A stretch of 64,000 nucleotides of DNA from Candidatus Magasanikbacteria bacterium CG10_big_fil_rev_8_21_14_0_10_36_32. Its GTDB lineage: Bacteria > Patescibacteriota > Patescibacteriia > Magasanikbacterales > GWA2-37-8. The position numbers were made by a program, and so were the translations under genes. The stretch is from positions 2,312 through 66,311 of the forward strand of contig PFBV01000002.1 of the NCBI GenBank assembly GCA_002778465.1. The letters run 5' to 3'. Below are positions 58,876-64,000 of this stretch, in pieces (positions within the stretch are counted from its first letter, which is position 1; each line of letters begins with the position of its first letter). The notes below the pieces were generated by a model. It had not been told where the DNA came from. It did not search any database and saw nothing but the letters and a program-made list of their open reading frames with translations.

Positions 58876-59994
58876 ATGAGAAATTTTGAATCGTCACCGC
58901 ACAATCAAGAACCAAAAGAGAAGCCTGAATGGGTGCAAAATTTACGCGTTGCTTTTGGCGCGTGGAAAAATGCAGATAAAGCAATGATACAAGAACTCGG
59001 AGAGAGGGAAGGTTTGATGGGTGATATTCACAGAAAGTTGAATTTGGAAGTGGCTACCATTTTTCATAATCAAATCAGTTCAATGCGTGATTTGCCCAGT
59101 TTTGTTCCGTTAGAGCAAGATTCTCAAGTTACAGGGCGTGCGGATGTTGATGTGGAAAACGAAAATGCAACGGTAAAATTTTCTCAACATTCTCAGCCCA
59201 CCGAAAGAAAATATTTTTTACCGCAAACACACGAACTTTATGTTGAAATGCCTTTTGCAACAATGAACCCGGAGAGTAGAAAAAATTATTTACCGGAGAG
59301 TAAAAGTTTTAAGGGATTTGAAGAAATTAAGAAAGAAAAAAAGACGGGAGGCAGGGCAAATCATTATTCCGCCTTTTATGATTTTTATGATTTGACACCG
59401 CCCACTCAAGAGACTTTAGAGCAAGAAAGCCGTAAATTAAGTTTTCAATTTTGGGATACATACCCGCGCGGGGAATATGACAAAGCGCAGGCATCCCAAA
59501 GAACACGCGACAGGTATGGGTTGTCGCCCGAACAGATATGTGAAATTATTTCACATCTTGAAGGCACGGTTAAAGATGAAGGCGACTGTAAAAAATTAGA
59601 GGCGATGAAAAACGATGTAAATAAAACACTGGATGCATTTCCGGAAAAATTAAATCAGGTGAAAGAAAAAAATGCTGAACATATCAAACAAAGAATTATT
59701 AATTTGACTAATTTTTTGCTTGAAGATTTTAAGAAAGACTTGCCTAAGTCAATAAGTATCGGACATCATGAATATGATGAAAATCATAACAAAATTGCGA
59801 GTTATTTTTATATGCCGCACGAAAAGAAGTTGATAAAAGCGCCGTACAAGAAAGGCTTTTTAAGTGATGGATCAAAACCTGATTTTTCTAAAGCCGAGGA
59901 TGCTCCGGAAGAAGAGTGGCTACATGTGGGATTGTTGGGAGATATGCTTTTAAATATATTTCCTGATGATATTAGGAATAGTATTAAAAAATAA
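58876..59994 (+). CDS. Hypothetical cytoplasmic protein; GC elevated (~45%)
   Basis: Long ORF with no TM and no recognisable domain; composition differs from the neighbouring genes. Confidence 0.5.
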   Translation: MRNFESSPHNQEPKEKPEWVQNLRVAFGAWKNADKAMIQELGEREGLMGDIHRKLNLEVATIFHNQISSMRDLPSFVPLEQDSQVTGRADVDVENENATVKFSQHSQPTERKYFLPQTHELYVEMPFATMNPESRKNYLPESKSFKGFEEIKKEKKTGGRANHYSAFYDFYDLTPPTQETLEQESRKLSFQFWDTYPRGEYDKAQASQRTRDRYGLSPEQICEIISHLEGTVKDEGDCKKLEAMKNDVNKTLDAFPEKLNQVKEKNAEHIKQRIINLTNFLLEDFKKDLPKSISIGHHEYDENHNKIASYFYMPHEKKLIKAPYKKGFLSDGSKPDFSKAEDAPEEEWLHVGLLGDMLLNIFPDDIRNSIKK

Positions 59995-60011
59995 TTACCA
60001 TTAAAAACAAG

Positions 60012-60037
60012 ACCGCCCAAAAAGGCGGTTTTTGTTT
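60012..60037 (+). terminator. Rho-independent terminator
   Basis: ACCGCC-CAAAAA-GGCGGT hairpin plus TTTTGTTT. Confidence 0.5.
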
Positions 60038-60246
60038 AATCAGATAAACCACCAGCGATAAACTGAGGGTAGTTCATTGGATTTTTTGTTATATAATTAT
60101 TGGGGATTGACAGCAGTTTTTAAATATGATATATTGTTGTTGCTCTCTAAATCGTCATTTATAAATAATGTCAGTTCATAATTCATGGTTTTCAATAAAA
60201 AATTATTGGCCCGTGAACTGGGAACTGAGAACTGTTAACTGTTTAT

Positions 60247-60723
60247 ATGCTAATTATTCGCATGCAACGGGTAGGCAAGAAGAAATTCTCTACTTACCGT
60301 TTAATTATTTCTGAAAAAACAAAAGATACGCAAGGATCTTATTTAGAGGCCTTGGGTACTTTTAATCCGCACGCCAAAGAAAATGCTTTTAAGCCTAATA
60401 TTGAAAGAATTAAATATTGGTTAAGTAAAGGCGCTTTAGTTTCGGATACTTTGAATAATTTGTTGATTTCCAACAATATTATTGAAGGTGATAAAAAGAA
60501 ATCAGTTTTTTTAACAAAAAAAAGACAGGTTAAATTAGCTGAAAAAAAGAAAGCGGTCACTCCCGCTCCAGTTGAAACTCCTGCCGAAACTCCAGTTGAA
60601 ACTTCAGTTGAACAACCAATTGCTCCTGTTGAAACTCCTGCCGAAACTCCAGTTGAAACTTCAGTTGAACAACCAATTGCTCCTGTTGAAACTCCTGCCG
60701 AAACTCCGACTGAGCAGGTTTAA
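60247..60723 (+). CDS. rpsP: 30S ribosomal protein S16 with a C-terminal repeat extension
   Basis: MQRVGKKKFSTYRLIIS...GTFNPH aligns with bS16; followed by ~70 aa of PVETPAETPVETSVEQPIA repeats. Confidence 0.85.
   Translation: MLIIRMQRVGKKKFSTYRLIISEKTKDTQGSYLEALGTFNPHAKENAFKPNIERIKYWLSKGALVSDTLNNLLISNNIIEGDKKKSVFLTKKRQVKLAEKKKAVTPAPVETPAETPVETSVEQPIAPVETPAETPVETSVEQPIAPVETPAETPTEQV
60571..60707 (+). repeat. Perfect 57-bp tandem repeat (~2.4 copies) inside the rpsP 3' region
   Basis: GTTGAAACTCCTGCCGAAACTCCAGTTGAAACTTCAGTTGAACAACCAATTGCTCCT is repeated exactly. Confidence 0.9.
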
Positions 60724-60800
60724 TAAATTAGTTTCGCAGTACTGGTGGTGTTACCACAATGTCGACAGACTGCAACATTAAAAATTTTAAAGATATTACT

Positions 60801-61136
60801 ATGACGAACGCAGATCAGCAATTTCTGGAAACACTCGTTAAAGCGGTTGTTAACAACCCGAACGACGTAAAAGTTGACAGAGTGGTTGATGAAAGAGGAG
60901 TTTTACTTACTCTGGATGTCAATCCGCAAGATATGGGTTATATTATTGGTCGACAAGGCCAAACTGCCCATGCGATTCGTACCTTGTTGAAAATCGTCGG
61001 TGCCAAAAATAATGCCCGCGTTAATTTAAAAATTAACGAACCGGCTGGTAGTGAGCACAGACGCAGAGAAGACAGAGGTCCGGTCGAGACTAGCGCCCCG
61101 GTAGATACCAGCGCCATTGATAACTTGGAAATCTAA
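60801..61136 (+). CDS. KH-domain RNA-binding protein (YlqC/UPF0109 family) with a C-terminal extension
   Basis: Aligns with B. subtilis YlqC (DVKV...GKVIGKQGRTAKAIRT). ATG at 60801 is preferred over the ORF-track start at 60759. Confidence 0.7.
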   Translation: MTNADQQFLETLVKAVVNNPNDVKVDRVVDERGVLLTLDVNPQDMGYIIGRQGQTAHAIRTLLKIVGAKNNARVNLKINEPAGSEHRRREDRGPVETSAPVDTSAIDNLEI

Positions 61137-61150
61137 AATTAAAATTTAAA

Positions 61151-61186
61151 ATCGCCTCCGCAAATGCGGAGGCGATTTTGTTTTTA
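61151..61186 (+). terminator. Rho-independent terminator
   Basis: TCGCCTCCG-CAAATG-CGGAGGCGA hairpin plus TTTTGTTTTT. Confidence 0.6.
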
Positions 61187-61286
61187 TTTAAAATCTTGAC
61201 AAAAGCTTTAAAATATGATATATTGATTTGTTCTTTAAAAAACAACCAAGTCCTGTAAAAAAACAGGCAAAACAAGGAGAAGAGAG

Positions 61287-61820
61287 ATGAAGAAGGGAAT
61301 GTTTTTCGTTTTGTTCGTATTCGCGATTCTGTCCGTTTCCGCTTGTGGTAGCGCGCAGTTTCAGAACGTTGCGGATGATAATCCGATAACGGACCAGACC
61401 TGTACAGTCATCGTGGATCGTACCCAGTCGCTGGATGAGATGATTCAGGCGGGGCGGTACAGTTTCGTTTCTGATTACTTTACCGCTGAGAATTTCCCGG
61501 TAGAGCAGCCGCAGGTGGAGGTGGAGGTAACACTTCACGTCATCACCATGAATAGGGTGGTTACCACCAATGCAATTTTGGCTGAAATTGATAAGCGTGG
61601 TTTGCGTCCGGCGACCTTGTCGGAGCTATTGGCTTTCGGAGTCAAGTATCCGTCGGCCCAAAGACATTTTTCGGTCGTCGCTTTCGGTTCGATTTGGTCA
61701 ATTAGCGGTTTTCGTGTAGTGACCTTTCTGTCCGGTGACGATGATATTCGGGCGCTGAACATGGATTATTTTGGTGGTGATTGGGACGAAGCCACCCGTT
61801 TCCTTGCCGTCGTCAAGTAA
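61287..61820 (+). CDS. Hypothetical lipoprotein; GC-rich (~50%), likely horizontally acquired
   Basis: AAGGAG SD; lipobox LSVSAC; GC far above background. Confidence 0.55.
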   Translation: MKKGMFFVLFVFAILSVSACGSAQFQNVADDNPITDQTCTVIVDRTQSLDEMIQAGRYSFVSDYFTAENFPVEQPQVEVEVTLHVITMNRVVTTNAILAEIDKRGLRPATLSELLAFGVKYPSAQRHFSVVAFGSIWSISGFRVVTFLSGDDDIRALNMDYFGGDWDEATRFLAVVK

Positions 61821-61845
61821 ATCCCGTTCTTTTTTCAACATACAG

Positions 61846-61872
61846 CCACCTCAGTTCTTGAGGTGGTTTTTT
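61846..61872 (+). terminator. Rho-independent terminator
   Basis: CCACCTCA-GTTCT-TGAGGTGG hairpin plus TTTTTT. Confidence 0.55.
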
Positions 61873-62031
61873 ATTGGATAGAGTTTTTTTAAATACCCAT
61901 TTAAATGGGTATTTAAAAAAATATATAGTTCTTATTTTTTTATTTATTGACAGTAATTTTATTTTATTGTATATATACAGAATACTGTTCTTTTAAATCA
62001 ATCGGCCTAAGGGTCAAAAAAGGAGGTCCAA

Positions 62032-62667
62032 ATGGGCACAAAGGGAAGATTTTTGACGATTTTTGTTACATCGATTTTTCTCATGTTGGCCATTTTTACC
62101 GCCGGCTGCGCTGTTTTTTCGTCACAGGTGAAGGATGTTAAATCAGAAGATCCGAACAGAGCGCTGTTCAATCATTGGCATGCGATTTGTTTGAATGTTG
62201 ATGATGAAGAAGTTGATCATTTTGCGGCAGAGGAAATGTCCAAATTGACAGAACCTTTTTATGACGACTGGTTGTCTATTTTCATGTGTGCTCAATCCAA
62301 GAGTGATTTGAGCTATAAATCTTTGGCATGGGCAGGTCAGTTGTCATCAAAATTTTCTGAGATGAAAATTGTGGCACAGCTTGTATATTGGAAGAAAATA
62401 ACCGATGATGATGAACGTCTTCAAAAAATATTTCAGTATACACTATACAAAATGTACTGGGAGGCGGAGAGTTTTAAGGAGTGGGCTGTTGTAACTAAAT
62501 TTGCCAATTGTGAAACGTATAATGATTTATTTCTAGAGTCGCTGAGTCGTATGGCTAGTTTGGCCAATACTTTCAAGGAATGGAAATGTGTCTATGATAT
62601 TGCTCCTAAGGATAACGCGATTCGCAAGATTGCTTTTTACAGAATGATTGGGATGGTCAAACCGTAA
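62032..62667 (+). CDS. Hypothetical lipoprotein
   Basis: AGGAGG SD; lipobox FTAGC; moderately elevated GC. Confidence 0.55.
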   Translation: MGTKGRFLTIFVTSIFLMLAIFTAGCAVFSSQVKDVKSEDPNRALFNHWHAICLNVDDEEVDHFAAEEMSKLTEPFYDDWLSIFMCAQSKSDLSYKSLAWAGQLSSKFSEMKIVAQLVYWKKITDDDERLQKIFQYTLYKMYWEAESFKEWAVVTKFANCETYNDLFLESLSRMASLANTFKEWKCVYDIAPKDNAIRKIAFYRMIGMVKP

Positions 62668-62736
62668 GGGCAGTTTAATTCGCAAGTTTGCGCTTACGAG
62701 ACGATTGAGATAATTCGTTCTTTTTAAAAAAAATTT

Positions 62737-62765
62737 ACCCCGACTTTAAGTCGGGGTTTTTATTT
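62737..62765 (+). terminator. Rho-independent terminator
   Basis: CCCCGAC-TTTAA-GTCGGGG hairpin plus TTTTTATTT. Confidence 0.55.
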
Positions 62766-62828
62766 AGATAAACTTGTTTTTTTATTTTTTTTATTGTATT
62801 ATGCAATTTGTGAATTATTAGTTGATTT

Positions 62829-63494
62829 ATGCGTTTTGATATCTTAACTTTATTTCCAGATATTGTTCACAGCTATGGCAGTGAGAGTATTTTAAAGCGG
62901 GCGCAAAAAGCCGGCTTTATTAAAATTGCGGCGCATAATTTTAGAGATTATACCAAAGATAAACAGTGGCATGTTGATGATAAACCATATGGCGGCGGAG
63001 CCGGGATGGTTCTTCAAGTCCAACCGATTTGGGATTGTTTGAAAAATATTAAAGCATTAAAAAATAAAAAAACAAAAACATCAAAACAAAAAACGAAGAT
63101 TATTATTTTAGATCCGGCGGGAAAAAAGTTTAACCAAAGAATGGCGGAGAAATTATCCAAGCTGGACAGAGTGATTTTAATTTGCGGACGCTATGAAGGT
63201 TTTGATGAAAGAATTTATAAATTGGCTGATGAAAAAGTGTCGGTAGGCGATTATGTTTTGTCCGGCGGAGAATTGCCGGCGCTGGTAATTGTTGAGGCAG
63301 TGTCGCGGCTCATTCCTGGCGTGTTGGGAAATGAGGAATCACTGTTGAATGAAACATTTGGAAAAGGTAAATATCCGGTTTATACTCGTCCGGAAAATTT
63401 TATGGGTCAAAAAGTGCCAAAAATTCTTCTTTCAGGCGACCATAAAAAGATTAAAGAATGGCGTCAAAAAATGGCTAAGATTATCCACAAGTAA
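62829..63494 (+). CDS. trmD: tRNA (guanine37-N1)-methyltransferase
   Basis: MRFDILTLFPD N-terminus; SPOUT-fold motifs (GGGAGMVL, LICGRYEGFDER). Confidence 0.9.
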   Translation: MRFDILTLFPDIVHSYGSESILKRAQKAGFIKIAAHNFRDYTKDKQWHVDDKPYGGGAGMVLQVQPIWDCLKNIKALKNKKTKTSKQKTKIIILDPAGKKFNQRMAEKLSKLDRVILICGRYEGFDERIYKLADEKVSVGDYVLSGGELPALVIVEAVSRLIPGVLGNEESLLNETFGKGKYPVYTRPENFMGQKVPKILLSGDHKKIKEWRQKMAKIIHK

Positions 63495-63683
63495 AGCCCT
63501 TGACATATAATTTGTTTTGTGTTATTCTTGTAGGGTTAAATTTAAAAAACGACCTTCACCTTTCAATATCCACAACTAAAATTTTTCTAAGTCCGCGCAG
63601 GAAACTGGAAAGAAAAAAGAGCAACTGATATTTCGGTTTCTCTTTTTTCTTTCTAAGGTGTAGAAAGTTAGAAAGAAAGTACT

Positions 63684-63712
63684 TTGACAACATGAATATG
63701 GCAAAAACTAAT
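63684..63712 (+). promoter_or_regulatory. Candidate rRNA operon promoter (TTGACA-17-ACTAAT)
   Basis: Consensus -35 hexamer about 110 nt upstream of the 16S 5' end; the -10 is weak; a second candidate (TTGACA) lies at 63500. Confidence 0.3.
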
Positions 63713-63819
63713 GAAGCCTAATTTTATATTCCTTTATAACATTGTAAATCCAAATTTGTTTTTGTTTCGTCATGCTTCGGTATGACCACCAAAAACAAAC
63801 TTCAAACTTATATTAAGAG

Positions 63820-64000
63820 TTTGATCCTAGCTCAGGATGAACGCTGGCGGCGTGTCTAAGGCATGCAAGTCGAGCGACGTGTTCCCCGCAAGGGGAATTA
63901 CGAGCGGCAAACGGGTGAGTAACACATTGGTAACCTACCTCTAAGTCGGGGATAGCCTGCCGAAAGGCGGATTAATACCCGATAGTAACGCGGGGGCAAA
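63820..64000 (+). rRNA. rrs: 16S ribosomal RNA, 5' end (truncated by window end)
   Basis: AGAGTTTGATCCTAGCTCAGGATGAACGCTGGCGGCGTG...GCATGCAAGTCGAGCG universal 5' region. Confidence 0.92.

Noticed and set aside
60571-60707. Tandem direct repeats considered as a possible CRISPR array
   Set aside because: Only ~2.4 copies, contiguous with no spacers, in frame inside rpsP. This is a coding tandem repeat. No CRISPR-like repeat-spacer structure occurs anywhere in the window.
60572-60781. 69-aa ORF MKLLPKLQLKLQ... in the track
   Set aside because: This is an alternative-frame reading of the rpsP 57-bp tandem repeat, fully nested in rpsP.

Overview
Low-GC (~33-36%) bacterial window, consistent with a CPR/Patescibacteria-like reduced genome. 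Evidence: nearly all genes are on the + strand with short intergenic gaps and 4-bp ATGA overlaps, there are long Asn/Lys-rich insertions in housekeeping proteins, and a 16S rRNA 5' end sits at the window end. Standard genetic code: TGA is used as a stop and a full in-frame RF2 (prfB) is present.

Content, 5' to 3': leuS (5'-partial); two tandem single-domain response regulators; a membrane protein and a 1,904-aa (1,921 aa from the alternative start at 3918) repeat-rich surface protein; a PAS sensor histidine kinase plus a third receiver; a ComEC locus split into a competence-domain gene and a separate MBL-domain gene, with a methyltransferase and a 287-bp GIY-YIG mini-element (19-bp terminal inverted repeats) wedged between them; nusA, yidC, a nucleotidyltransferase, an O-antigen-ligase-like gene, DedA, prfB, tsaC, ksgA and GT-C-type glycosyltransferases; a 2,703-aa Cys-rich secreted giant protein; a T4SS-like/competence cluster (VirB6-like, VirB3-like, possibly split VirB4, VirB8-like?, ComFC); a second GIY-YIG gene abutting tRNA-Ser(GCU) with an upstream decayed copy of the tRNA 5' end; Hsp20; VanW; an odd GC-rich intergenic region holding an 'empty' copy of the GIY-YIG inverted-repeat pair plus a 20-bp perfect palindrome; clpP and nrnA on the minus strand; smc; rpsP (with a 57-bp tandem-repeat tail), a KH protein, two inserted lipoprotein genes, trmD; and the start of a 16S rRNA.

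The most notable items are the small GIY-YIG/inverted-repeat/palindrome element family, the T4SS-like cluster with its giant neighbouring proteins, and several GC-rich (~48-50%) probably foreign small genes.
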